DNA from: Eledone cirrhosa
Taxonomy: Eukaryota
Length of the DNA stretch: 64,000 nt
Direction of reading: 5' to 3'
Assembly: GCA_964016885.1 (NCBI GenBank)
Contig: OZ024743.1
Location: 191,642,001-191,706,000 of the forward strand
Shown piece by piece: positions 30,875-42,917 of this stretch (the first letter of the stretch is position 1; every line of letters begins with the position of its first letter). The position numbers and the translations under genes were made by a program. The notes under the pieces are model-generated. The model had not been told where the DNA came from and ran no database searches. It was given only the letters and a program-made list of their open reading frames with translations.

Positions 30875-30922
30875 TGAGGTAATGGTAGGTGGTCTGCCTC
30901 CTGGCAGAGAGATAGAATCAGA

Positions 30923-31619
30923 GTGTATAAAGGAGCCAGAACCAAATGGGAAAAAATGGTAAATAATGACATAAATGGGACCTGCCCCTTGTATAGGAGC
31001 AAATTTTGGAATAGAATAGAAAGAACTAAGAACAAGGCCAATAGAATAAACTCATGGTATGATAGCAATAAATACCAGAGTGTAATGTTCATCAATACAA
31101 CCCCTAGAGGCGAACTAGCCTACAAATTTAGAAGGGCCCTAAAGAAACATAATCTCAATATTAAGATAGTAGAAAGACCTGGTACCTCCGTAAAAACACT
31201 TATTAGCAAGACATACCCGTTCCAAAGACCCTCATGTATAGATAAGAAATGTATAACCTGTAAAATAAGCCCCCATATTAACTGTAAAACTAGAAATGTA
31301 GTATATAGCATAAGATGTACTGAAGGACAATGTAGAAACAAAAAATGTAGTGTACATAGGTGAGACAGCTCGTAGTATAGGGGAACGAATAAATGAACAC
31401 TGGCGAGACCTCCAAGATAATAAAGAATCATCTGTGCTCTACCAACATGCTAAGATAGAACACAGGGGTAAATTAGAGAGCATAGAAATAAAAATAGAAT
31501 CCACACACAAGAAAGACGCAATGTTTAGGCAAATTACAGAGGCAGTAAGCATAAAAGAATTAAAACCAAAATTAAATAGAAAATATGAGTGGAACAGCAA
31601 CATCACAACTTACAATTAA
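30923..31619 (+). pseudogene. Inverted-arm copy of linker + GIY-YIG with frameshift near 31343
   Basis: ORFs 30923-31363 and 31350-31619 match the C-terminus of 29441-30874. Confidence 0.88.
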
Positions 31620-31902
31620 GGACAAAATGAAAACACACACACACATCGAACAAACAACTTACAATTGAAAACACACACAAAATGAAAACACACACACACA
31701 TAGAACAAACAACCAACCAACAATAAATAAATAAATAAACAAACAAATAAAAAAATATAAATAGAAAAATAGAAAAATGAACACAAACACACACAGACAC
31801 CCGGATGTGGCGCATGCGCAAACTGAGCACGCAACCCACACACAAACAAAATGGCGTAGGATAGAAGAAAGGAAAGGCACAGAAACGAAGAAAGAAATCC
31901 CC

Positions 31903-31947
31903 AGTCACTGAAGAGGTCACAGAGTGTGTGACGAAAGAACTATGACT
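31903..31947 (+). ncRNA. Minimal type I hammerhead, family B
   Basis: Same motif as 29113-29157 on plus. Confidence 0.88.
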
Positions 31948-33570
31948 ATATATATATAAACAACTATCTGGTTGTGGAACCAACCAACCAACCAGAAATT
32001 TATAAATTTGTAAATTTATAAATATTTAATAAATTAAATTGAAGTGAAAGCAACTGGTGCGTGTGTTTCTTATTGGCAACATGACCCTCCCAAAGTATAA
32101 CAATATCGGTTTCAACACACGATTTCAGATAAAGAATCTTGCTAAACAAATTCAGAAACGAAATATAATATACTATATAATTTATAATCTCCGGTCAATT
32201 TGCGCAAACAATATAAATATTACAATAACACTATAATAACAATATTATAATATATTGGCATATAACTTAACAAATCATAAAAAGTTAGACACAGGGTGAG
32301 AAAAAAATATCATACAGAACTGAATTGTGTTGAAAAAATTGTGCTGGAAAAATATCTATACCGTTGTAACAAAACAGACGGAGGTCGAGTTTTTATACAA
32401 TTGGTATAAATAAATATTATCTAAACATTATAAAAATTATAAAAAATATAAACATATTACACAATTTACAAAATTTAACATAGGGGTACATCGAATAATC
32501 GGTAAATATTTAAGATCTATAGTACGATTACATAAAGTGATATGATATAACAACTTCAATATCAAATAACAAACATAGTATAGTATACATAATTACATGG
32601 TTGGTAGACAGACATATGGGAATAAGTGAATAAGAACCAGACAGAAACTACGCACGGTAGTAAAAAAAATATAAATAAAATCAACCGGAAATCGAAAAAC
32701 AAAAACAAATATATTTACTTAGGTGTCACAAGCAGTTAAGTAAAAAAAAGTTAGGAATCAAACCCGGATAAATGACTAGAAAACCTTATTAAATTAATTA
32801 ATATTGAAAGTATTTAAAATACATAATAAGTCAATACAAAATTAGCTATGGTTTAAGTTATCAAAATCTCTAAAGTTTAAGATATCTCAATAAAAATATC
32901 CAGAATAGAATGAAATATTCTACTTTCAGTTGAATAACGTTATCTAATAAAAGGACCTTAAATAGAACTATGGTAGGCCAATGGGAACAGAAAAAAGAAA
33001 GGTATGGAGGATACGGAGGAGCATAAAATCATAATCAATATACTGTATAATACAATAGAAAGGGGAATAAAAGGGAATTGAATATAATTATAGTATAATT
33101 GAAGGGGCGAATGACAAGTGTGTAGGGGGAAGGGGGGGGTTAATTATCTAAATGAGAATCCAAATAAAATATATAATCAGATATAAACTCATAAGGTGTT
33201 AATAGTGAAAATATAATATTTAAGAAGATAGATATGGAATTGTAGACTATGAAAGATAGATCGAAAAGCTGTTAAAAATCAATAATAATAATGATAATGA
33301 TGGTGGTAAACAAAATGAACCTAAACAAAAAAGATAAGGAAATATAGCAGCTAATGGATACAATTTACACTCCCAGAACTTTTAGGTTTATAATAAAAGT
33401 AAGAATTAGAAATGGCGTGGGGGCAGGAAGAAAATATCTCAGACTTTCTATTAAGTAAGAGTTCCCTAGAGAAAATTATAGAGTGGGTCTCCAGGATACA
33501 GAGATTACAGAATTTAGTGTGTGTTGATGGGTTATTAGAGCGTGCTACTATTCGCCAATTAAGGCTATAT

Positions 33571-33619
<49 letters not shown>

Positions 33620-33651
33620 ATATATATATATAATATATATATATAATATAT

Positions 33652-33706
<55 letters not shown>

Positions 33707-33759
33707 AAATATATATATATATATAATATATATATATATAATATATATATATATATAAT

Positions 33760-33793
<34 letters not shown>

Positions 33794-33820
33794 ATATATA
33801 TATATATATAATATATATAT

Positions 33821-34018
33821 ACGTTATTCCGGGTTGAATCGGAGGTAACCACAGTAAGTAAGGTACTCAATACATTGCAGAGTATAAAAGTTTTAATATA
33901 GATGAGATTCTACAGGACTAGAACTGTTTCATTCTTTAGAAATCATCAGGAATCCCTGATTCCTGATGATTTCTAAAGAATGAAACAGTTCTAGTCCTGT
34001 AGAATCTCATCTATATTA
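33821..34018. mobile_element. ~200-bp mini-element: 61-bp perfect inverted repeat with two head-to-head hammerheads
   Basis: Arms 33894-33954 and 33958-34018, spacer cct; each has CUGAUGA UUUCUAAAGAAU GAAA CAGU UC UAGUC. Confidence 0.85.
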
Positions 34019-34028
34019 TAATATATAT

Positions 34029-34060
<32 letters not shown>

Positions 34061-34068
34061 ATATATAT

Positions 34069-34111
<43 letters not shown>

Positions 34112-34189
34112 TATATATAATATATATATATATGATATATATACATATATATATATAATATATATATATAATATATATATATATATAAT

Positions 34190-34256
<67 letters not shown>

Positions 34257-34287
34257 TATATATAATATATATACATATATATTATAT

Positions 34288-34344
<57 letters not shown>

Positions 34345-34478
34345 ATATATATATATAATATATATATATATATAATATATATATATATATATTATATATA
34401 TATATATATAATATATATATATATATAATATATATATTATATATATATATATAATATATATATATATAATATATATAT

Positions 34479-35013
34479 AGAACTCCTTTTGTAGAGTGTT
34501 TTTCGGAATGTATTTGACTGTTATTTCTTGTAAACAAACATTCCTTTCATTCTGACGTCACTAGCCCCGTTTTTCCTCATGTGCGTTTTTCATAATCACG
34601 CATGATGGTGAACTAGCCAGTTTTAAAATCCCTTTTTGGCTTATAAATCTGTGAGAGTCCTGGTTATCTGGTTGAGTTGAGCTCTGCTGACGATTGAAAT
34701 CCAACCGTGACCATCTCCACTGAAAGTTTTCATGAAATAGTCTTTAAGACTATACAGAGCATTTGATGTTTTTCCAAATTGAAGGATAAGTATTTTAGAC
34801 TTTATTTTATCATGAGTTAAGGCTCTATTGATTTTTCCCTGGGTTTCACTAAATTCTGTGGATGAATTTATATCCTGATTCTCTTTTGAGATGAGTTTGA
34901 ATTATTTTTCCTACATCTTACGTTAACTATTTTTCCCATCTTGACGCCATAGTCGCATATATGTTATGGAATACTGTTAGCTTCTCGCTACAACAATTTC
35001 TATACCTTTCATT
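34479..35013 (+). mobile_element. Solo PLE pLTR (family J)
   Basis: HHR at 34681-34760; ATG-initiated tail at 34961 running into TA, as in families A and B. Confidence 0.65.
34681..34760 (+). ncRNA. Type I hammerhead ribozyme
   Basis: GCUCUG CUGACGA U UGAAA...UUUCA U GAAA UAGUCUU-U-AAGACUA UA CAGAGC. Confidence 0.88.
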
Positions 35014-35037
35014 TATATATATATATTATATATATAA

Positions 35038-36473
35038 TGTAGGAGGTGAGTTTTATTGTAGTACAATAAAGCAATGCAGATTATTTAAAAATAAATGTCC
35101 TCTCAACAACCATTGTCTTGATAAAAACTTAATTTATGAATGTAAAGTTATAACTAACACCAATTCCTTCACCTATTTTTGCTCCACTTCCACCTCTTTT
35201 AAAGCTCGTCTCTATAATTATCATTCATCTTTTAAATACAAACTTAAAAGAACCAACACGGCTCTCTCAGAACTCATATGGTCCTTGAAAGACAAAAACA
35301 TTAAATATACCATCTTTCGGAAGAAGGTTTCTTCTGCGTCTTCATACTTGAACAGTTCTCTATCTAAAATCTGCAATCTCTGCCTAAATGAAAAATTTAC
35401 CATTATCTCTAATCTAGATTCTATAATAAATAGACGAACTGATTTGTTTTCTATCTGCTTGCATAAATTCCATAAAACATTTCACAAAGTATACAGCTAA
35501 TATTCAATTCTTTATCAATTTAGAATCTTTTTCTCAAAGGCACATACACATACACCTCTTTTAAAATATACCCATCTTCCTACCTTATTTCAAAGGGTAT
35601 TATACACTCTATAATACTTGTTTACTCATTACCCTTACTCTATTTTCACCTTGTAAAATCCTTCGTAACATATACATTTGTTTTGACGCCAGATTATTCA
35701 TCCTTAATTCATTATTTTTTTCTCCCTATCATCTAATTTTTTTCTCCCTATCATCTAACTCATTCTCAATACATATTAACTCTTTCTTCGCACATATTAT
35801 CAATTCCTTCAATATACAAACCTTAACTTCACATTATTTTTCTCAAATCCTTCAATACACAAACCTTAATTTTTTTTTCTCTTCGTTAATTTTCAAATTT
35901 CCATAATACTTGTAAACATACACACTTTTTTTTTTTTTTTTGACGTTAGAATATTCATCCGCAATTCATTATTTTATTCTCTCTATCATCAAACTCATTA
36001 TTCTAAATACATATTAACTCCCTCTCCTTCATCGCACATATTTTTCCCTTCGTTAATTTTCAAATTCTTTTAATTTATACATTATCTTCCAACGGTTTTC
36101 AACCTCTCTATGTAAAACAATATATCTTTCTCAGTTATAAAAACTATCTCTCTCTCTCTATCACCCATCTCTCCTCCTATCTCATCCTTCCTCATTATAT
36201 TCCTCCCTCTCATCTCACCTTCACTCTCATCTCCTCCTCTTTTTTTCACCCCCCCCCCCCTCTAAATAAAATATTTTTCCCAATATCACACATCAATCTA
36301 AAACTACTTCTCATATGTTGATTTAAAACTGCACTATCCACAAGTGTTTTTTAGCCTTCATATCTGTCCTCCTGTTTTATCTGATGAAAACACAAATATT
36401 ATTGCATGATGATGTTTGTTTTTGAAATGCGCATAATAAAATACATGGAACTCCTTTAACCATCCTTTGTTCT

Positions 36474-36474
<1 letters not shown>
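35038..36474 (+). mobile_element. PLE family I (Naiad-like) 3' fragment with GIY-YIG remnant (~35070-35500)
   Basis: CPLNNHCLDKNLIYECKV...FKARLYNYHSSF...CNLCLNEK...INRRTDLFSICLH; HHR near 3' end. Confidence 0.85.
36375..36441 (+). ncRNA. Type I hammerhead ribozyme
   Basis: UUUUAU CUGAUGA ..ACAAAUAUUAUU-GCAU-GAUGAUGUUUGU.. GAAA UGCGCA UA AUAAAA. Confidence 0.88.
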
Positions 36475-36544
<70 letters not shown>

Positions 36545-36651
36545 TATATATATATAATATATATATATATATAATATATATATATATAATATATATAATA
36601 TATATATATATAATATATATAAATATATTTAATATATATATATATATATAT

Positions 36652-36841
36652 AATTGTTTCTACTTTTGGCACAAGGCCAGCAATTATCCAGTACATTACT
36701 GGTACTTTATTTTATCGACCCCATAAGGATGAAAGGCAAAGTTAACCTCGGCGGGATTTGAACTCAGAATGGCAAGGGCCGTAACTCTATGCGTCAAAGC
36801 ATGGCGTCCAACCCTCTACCGATACTGCCAATTCACCGCCC
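36652..36841 (-). mobile_element. tRNA-derived SINE (octopus-type)
   Basis: ggcggtgaattggcagtatcggtag (A box), gagttcaaatcc (B box), ctttgcctttcatcc..ggggtcgataaaataaagtaccag. Confidence 0.85.
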
Positions 36842-36958
36842 TATATATTATAATATGTATATATATATATAATATATATATATATACATATTATATATAT
36901 ATATAATATGTATATATATATATATTATATATATATATATACATAATATATATATAAT

Positions 36959-37004
<46 letters not shown>

Positions 37005-37012
37005 ATATATAT

Positions 37013-37058
<46 letters not shown>

Positions 37059-37199
37059 ACACCTTCTACTTTAGAAAATAAAAACCCGAACTAAATAAAC
37101 CTTAACATACGTTTGCGCTGACAATACAACAGAACAAATACGAATAAGAAAATTATGTTCATTAAAAAATATTCCTACTAAAGGAATCATTTTCCTACA

Positions 37200-37208
37200 C
37201 ACACACAC

Positions 37209-37267
<59 letters not shown>

Positions 37268-38620
37268 TCTTCATCTTAACATGCTAACCATACTCCCACT
37301 CACATAACACCCATACACACACATAACAACCCCCACACCCACAACTCCCTCCCCCATTTCTACTAATAGAACCACTTTCCTCACACATATATACACACAC
37401 ACAAAATATATATTCTCTCCATCTTAACATACTCGCACGCACACATAACACCCATATACACACACACACGACTCCCTCCCCCATTTCTACTAATAGAATC
37501 ATCTTCCAATACACACATACACACACACACACACACATACACACACACACACACACATACACACACACACACACACACACAAGCACACAAATAAACATAC
37601 ATATCTTTACTTCAATAGAAAATCTGAACTCTGACACCCCAGCGAACTAACCATATTCACTGAACCAGAACAATTCTCCCAATCCCATTTCTCTTGACCA
37701 CTATCTTTCCCTTGTCATAACATTCTCTATAAAGGCTACAGAATAGATTTCCAAATAAGGGCGCAAAAATGTAATGAAAACTTGTTCACGTGACAGCCAA
37801 ATTTCATTTATAACCAATCAAATCACGTTTATTAAAAAAAAGCCTTCGTGCGCCACACTTTTTTTTAAGTAGAGAAATTCAAACACACACACACACAACA
37901 CACACACACACGCACACACACACAAGCACACAAATAAACATACATATCTTTACTTTCTTTATTCAATAGAAAATCTGAATTCTGACACCCCAGCGAACTA
38001 ACCATATTCACTGAACCAGAACAATTCTCCCATCCCTTTCTCTTGACCATTATCTTTCACTTATCATAAAATTCTCTAAAAAGGCTACAGAATGGATTTC
38101 CAAATAAGGGCACGAAAATTTAATGAAAACTTGTTCACGTGACAGCCATAATTTCATTTATAACCAACCAAAAAAAGCCTTCGTGAGCCCCTTTTTTCAA
38201 GTAAAAAGAAATTCAAACACGCATATATGAAAAAACAACCTGTGACAACCCCTCCCCCTCTTATTTGAAGAACTATTGTAACGCGAACTGGCGCGAAATT
38301 TATTATAATTATTGACAAACCAATTAAATTACTTCTCGAAAAACCTGGCATTTCGAGCCACTTTTTCCATATAAAACAAGTAACATTCAGAGACCAACCA
38401 GATGTGAGAAAAACCACAGACTATCCATCTCAACTCACCTTTTGAAAAGCAGAAGAACCGCGAAACCGGTAAAGGAACCAAATAAATATATATATATTTT
38501 TTTTTAAATAAGACTCCAGTTGCATTTTCGATTTCATCTCTTTTTCTTTATACTTTCAGTCGTGTAGAACACCACGGTTATTTTTCATTTTGTAAAAAAT
38601 AAAAAAAATAAAAACCTCAC

Positions 38621-38625
<5 letters not shown>
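37200..38625 (+). mobile_element. Family G repeat: partial tandem (~37614-37880, ~37963-38625), probable PLE pLTR
   Basis: caatagaaaatctgaa.tctgacacc repeated; third copy 45197-45832; HHR at 38438. Confidence 0.7.
38438..38475 (+). ncRNA. Minimal hammerhead, U3-A8 core variant
   Basis: CCUU UUGAAAA GC-AGAAGAACC-GC GAAA CCGG UA AAGG; stem II only 2 bp. Confidence 0.65.
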
Positions 38626-38702
<77 letters not shown>

Positions 38703-38813
38703 TATATAATATATATATATATATAATATATATATATTACTCTTTTACTCTTTTACCTGTTTTAGCGATCCGGCTGAGGCCATGCTGGGGTACCGCCCTT
38801 GTTGCTACACATT

Positions 38814-41312
38814 TTATCTCCAGCCTGTATAGGTTGGCCACTGGTGTAAGAGGGAGTTTGTTGCTGCTGCCCTTAGGTTTCCCTCGTGTCTTGCTGTGAG
38901 CTTATCCGGGATCCTGGATAACAACAAAGTGTCGAGATGTTTCTTGAAGACATCCACCTCCACGTCATGCAAATCTCTCAGATCCCTCGGCAGCCCGTTG
39001 AAGATTTTAGGGCGCTTGAATCCCAGGCTATTGCAATACCTGCTCCTTATTCTAGATGTGGAAGACCGGGCATTTGGGACCACACAGTGACGTCCTGTTC
39101 GACGGTTGGTCCAGCTCCCAATGCCAAAGTTTGGTGCTAGTCCCTCCAGGATTTTCCACATGTAGATCACTGCGTATCTCTCCCGTCTTCGCTCCAAGGA
39201 GTAGAGGTTCAGTTCCTTTAGCCTCTCCCAGTAGCTTGTCTCCCACATCTTGGCAATCCTCTTGGTGTAGCTTCGCTGGATTGCCTCAAGCTCTGTGGTT
39301 AGTTTGACACTATGGGGTGACCACAACTGGGAGCAGTAGTCCAGGCGGCTTAGGACAAATGTCCTCCATAGTGTCAACATGGTGTCTCGATCTCTTGTCC
39401 GGAAAGTCCTCAAGATCCAGCCAGCGAGTCGTCTGCACATTGTCGCCACTTTCATGATGTGTGAAGAAAAAGATGCATCAACGCTCATGTCTATGCCCAG
39501 GTCTCGTATTGATTTTGACACGGGGATATCGGTCCCTCCTGGCCCTGTGTAGTTGTGTTCCACTATATTTGTGTTTTCAGGTTTGTTTGGAGGTTTGGAT
39601 TGTAGGGCTTGGAATTTGCCAGCATTAAACTGCATATTGTTTTCTTCCGTCCATTTGTATATGGCATCCAGATCCTGCTGTAAAAGGGCAGCGTCAGCCG
39701 GGTTTTTGATTGCCTGTGCTACCTTAGTGTCATCAGCATAGCTAGTGAGGGATTTTGTTGTATGTACTACAGAGGGCATGTCTGAGAGAGCCACCAAAAA
39801 CAGTAGTGGTCCCAGGACTGTCCCCTGGGGCACCCCACTTGTTATTGGTGTTTCCTTTGAGAGGGCCCCATTTGCTGCGAATACCTGGCTTCTGTCCCTT
39901 AGGAAGCCATGCAGCCACTCACGTACTTTTCCAGTTATGCCGAGTCCGTGTAGTTTGTGACATATCATTCCGTGGTCGACCTTGTCAAAGGCCTTCGCAA
40001 AGTCAAGATATATCACGTCCACGTGTGAGCTGTCTAGTAGTTGTCTCAGTACCCAGTCATAGTGATGTAGCAGCTGTGTAAGGCAGCTTCTTCCTGTGCG
40101 GAAGCCATGTTGCGTGCTAGTCAAGCGGTCATTTTCCTCGAGGAAAGTGATCAGTTTCTTTCTGACGACTCGCTCCATGACCTTACTGATATGCGACGTC
40201 AGGGAGACTGGCCTATAGTTTTTGGCCTCCGCTCTGCTACCTCCTTTATGGATAGGGCATATTGTGCCTTCTTTCAGCTCCCTGGGTAGTACACCGCTAG
40301 CCAAGGAGCTTCTGAAGAGCATCTTCAGTGGAGTTGCTAATGCCCGCTTACATATTTTTAAGAGAACTGCTGGGAATCCATCAGGTCCAGCAGCCGAGTC
40401 TGTTCTAATTTCATCAATGGCGTACGCCACATCCTCCTCCGTTATGTCTATGTGGTTGATGGTTGCCATTTCTTGATGTAGTGTTGTGGCATCAAAGAAC
40501 TCCTCTGGCCTCGTTATTTGCATGTGCCTCAGTGGACATGTGAACACACTTTTGTACTGTTCGTTCAGTATTTCACATATCTCTTGGGGTTTTTCGGTTA
40601 ATGAACCGTCCGTATGGAAGAGTGGCCCAATCTTGCAATGTACTGAGGCAGTTTCTTTTGCAAATTTAAAGTAGGCCTTAGGGTTTGTTTTAATGTTTTC
40701 TATGGCCCTGTTCTCTTTCTTTGCCCTCTCATTCTCATGGGAAAGCTTGAGTGCAATCTCGGTGCCAAGTAATGCACATTTCAAATAGGATTCCTTCTTG
40801 TTTTTGTTTTGTTGACTATTCAACTGGTTTGAGAGTTTAGTTCTACGTCTCATAAGGATTTTCCTATCTCTGGGAATAAGATTTTTGTGTCTGTTTGCCT
40901 CTTTCTCCGGGACAAACTTTTTGCATATAGTGTGTATAGTTGTCATGAAGTGTTGAAATTGTATGTTAGTGTCTTGTGTGGCGGTGTTTTCACTCCATGT
41001 TTGCTTCCGGATTTCTCTCTTAATCTTTTTCCAGTTAGCCTTGTAGAAGTTAAGGCTGGATAACGTCCCGGAGCTTCTTGGTGATTTTGTCTCTGTTGGT
41101 TTTCTTGGACCACATATCATTAGCTCTACTAAGTTATGATCCGAGAGAATTGTTGGTGTCACCTTTATATTGTGGATAAGCACTTCGTTGTTTGTAAAAC
41201 AGAGGTCCAGGACATTTTCGCCTCTTGTTGGGAGGAGTATTGCTTGCTCCATGAACAGCCTGTGTGTGAGGGCCAGCAGGGATTCAGTCTGTCTCTGTTC
41301 TATTGACGTCAT
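38814..41312 (-). CDS. LINE ORF2: APE C-terminus + reverse transcriptase
   Basis: PTRGENVLDL, SDHN, GPDG, NYRPVSLTS, YLDFAKAFDKV, GVPQGTVLGP, YADD, SRLDYCSQLWSP. Confidence 0.95.
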   Translation of the reverse strand: MTSIEQRQTESLLALTHRLFMEQAILLPTRGENVLDLCFTNNEVLIHNIKVTPTILSDHNLVELMICGPRKPTETKSPRSSGTLSSLNFYKANWKKIKREIRKQTWSENTATQDTNIQFQHFMTTIHTICKKFVPEKEANRHKNLIPRDRKILMRRRTKLSNQLNSQQNKNKKESYLKCALLGTEIALKLSHENERAKKENRAIENIKTNPKAYFKFAKETASVHCKIGPLFHTDGSLTEKPQEICEILNEQYKSVFTCPLRHMQITRPEEFFDATTLHQEMATINHIDITEEDVAYAIDEIRTDSAAGPDGFPAVLLKICKRALATPLKMLFRSSLASGVLPRELKEGTICPIHKGGSRAEAKNYRPVSLTSHISKVMERVVRKKLITFLEENDRLTSTQHGFRTGRSCLTQLLHHYDWVLRQLLDSSHVDVIYLDFAKAFDKVDHGMICHKLHGLGITGKVREWLHGFLRDRSQVFAANGALSKETPITSGVPQGTVLGPLLFLVALSDMPSVVHTTKSLTSYADDTKVAQAIKNPADAALLQQDLDAIYKWTEENNMQFNAGKFQALQSKPPNKPENTNIVEHNYTGPGGTDIPVSKSIRDLGIDMSVDASFSSHIMKVATMCRRLAGWILRTFRTRDRDTMLTLWRTFVLSRLDYCSQLWSPHSVKLTTELEAIQRSYTKRIAKMWETSYWERLKELNLYSLERRRERYAVIYMWKILEGLAPNFGIGSWTNRRTGRHCVVPNARSSTSRIRSRYCNSLGFKRPKIFNGLPRDLRDLHDVEVDVFKKHLDTLLLSRIPDKLTARHEGNLRAAATNSLLHQWPTYTGWR

Positions 41313-41463
41313 TCCAGGGAGGAGGTGGCCCTCAGGCCATTTGACCTTTGGTAGGTTGAAGTATCCCAGCAGTAGAATGTTGAGTCCTGGTCCAGTTTAT
41401 CAAGGACCTCTTCTATCCTACTTAGGCTATCCTCAAATTTACCCTCATGACACATATTACTGT

Positions 41464-41913
41464 CTATAGTTGCTTCATATGTACTATCAGTGTGTCACAG
41501 ACTGAGTTTGAATGTGTCAACAGTACAATTGGTGTGACATCTTCACGGATATACAGAGCAACCCCACCATGAGTTCTCTCCTTCCTGTCCGAACGAAATA
41601 CAGTATATTTCGGTATATGTATTTCTGCATCTGCTATACTGCTTGTCAGGTGCGTTTCAGTTAGTGCCATGCATAGTGCTTGATTGCTTATGGCTATCTC
41701 TCCCAGGTAGGAAATTTTACTCATGTTACTGAGTTTCACCAGGCCTCTGACATTCAGCAGCAGCACTGGTGTGACTTTTGGGGTGGCAGTAATGGCTGTC
41801 GGTATGACACCTGGTCTGGTGTCAGCGGCGGCCACTCTGGGTCCCTTAACTGTGGTGGTCTCGAGTGCTGGTGTGGATGTGGATGACCCTGGCTCTGGAG
41901 ACGAAGCAGCCAA
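41464..41913 (-). pseudogene. LINE ORF2 APE N-terminus, separated from the rest by a stop/frameshift
   Basis: LLNVRGL, LTETHL, FRSDR..HGGVALYIRE. Confidence 0.88.
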
Positions 41914-41933
41914 GTCAGCTGTCCCACAATCTT

Positions 41934-42455
41934 CTATGCCATCACTAAAAAACTTTTCTGCTCTGCTGCTGCCATCTGTATATCGTCGGCATGTGCGTGC
42001 CTTCTCCTTGTCGGTGCGGCACGCGCGACATCAGCATACTTCTGGAGCGACTTATTTCGGCTTTGGCTGGGGCATGTTGCGCGAGTAGGATGGGCATAGT
42101 TCGTTTGAGACCTAGGGTGGGCGAATCTGCATACCATCCCTGTCTCTCCATGCCAGCATGTCCCGTTCTTGAAAGACTTGCACATTGCTTGGGTTTTTTT
42201 GCTCCCAGTGTCTCGGTGCTTTCTGTTCTTCCTTTGAACAGTTGTCCACTGGTCCCTCTGCGCTTGGTTCTCCTTCGGAAGGTGATTTCGCTTTACACCT
42301 TTGCCCTTTGCTTGTTGGTTGACCTGCCTGCCCTCCCTGCCTGTGGCGGAGGGTATATCATTTTCTTTCAGGTCCGTGCTTGTGCTCTCCTCCTTTTCTT
42401 TTTCCTTTTCCTTCCCTTTCTCCTCATCCCTCTCTTTTCTCCTCCCTGAGGACAC
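41934..42455 (-). CDS. LINE ORF1 fragment with CCCH zinc finger
   Basis: CKSFKNGTCWHGETGMVCRFAH directly upstream of ORF2. Confidence 0.6.
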   Translation of the reverse strand: MSSGRRKERDEEKGKEKEKEKEESTSTDLKENDIPSATGREGRQVNQQAKGKGVKRNHLPKENQAQRDQWTTVQRKNRKHRDTGSKKTQAMCKSFKNGTCWHGETGMVCRFAHPRSQTNYAHPTRATCPSQSRNKSLQKYADVARAAPTRRRHAHADDIQMAAAEQKSFLVMA

Positions 42456-42917
42456 TGCTTAGCATCGCCATATGTGGCGCTATGAGGACATTCGCCTTCT
42501 CAATTTCTTTTCTCTTTCTCTCTATCTGTGCCAGGGTCCTCAGAAACCCATGGCTCTTCGGGTTCTCCGTCATCTTTTTGCTTGGTGGAGACCCATCAGC
42601 CATGGTCCAACCCTAGATCAAAACCGCTAGTTCCATCTTTGACCAGTTTCGTTGGCTCCTAATTTCACCTTTTTCCAGTATGCAGTCCATTTCGCTGTGG
42701 AGGGGAGAAACAGAGAGAGTGGGAAGTGTAGGGTAGAGGTTAGAGAGGGACAGATGGAGGGAGAGAGATATAAGTCCAGTGAGGTATTGAAGGAGCGATC
42801 TGTAGGAAAAGAGAGAGAGAGCTTGTGCGATCCAGAGAGAGAGAAAAAGAAACAGAAGAAAAGGGGAGAGAGATAGAAGAGAGGAGCGAGAGAGATAGCG
42901 GATAAATATATAATATG

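Larger units (their letters stand above)
28945..32164. mobile_element. PLE family B copy 1, tail-out inverted (minus 28945-30903, plus 30904-32164)
   Basis: Near-identical inverted arms; candidate 12-bp TSD atataatatact at 28939-28950 and 32163-32174. Confidence 0.95.
28411..33565 (-). mobile_element. Family C-related element interrupted by family B insertion
   Basis: 28411-28938 resembles 11155-11650; ~32960-33040 resembles ~12400-12480. Confidence 0.65.
38738..42900 (-). mobile_element. Near full-length non-LTR retrotransposon (CR1/L2 group)
   Basis: ORF1, APE endonuclease, RT, short 3' UTR with (AAAAGAGT)n tail. Confidence 0.92.

Noticed and set aside
28945-32164. DNA transposon with long TIRs
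   Set aside because: The inverted arms are RT/GIY-YIG coding sequence; no transposase
34961-35500. Single 179-aa gene
   Set aside because: Chance fusion of the family J tail, a TA spacer and the family I endonuclease
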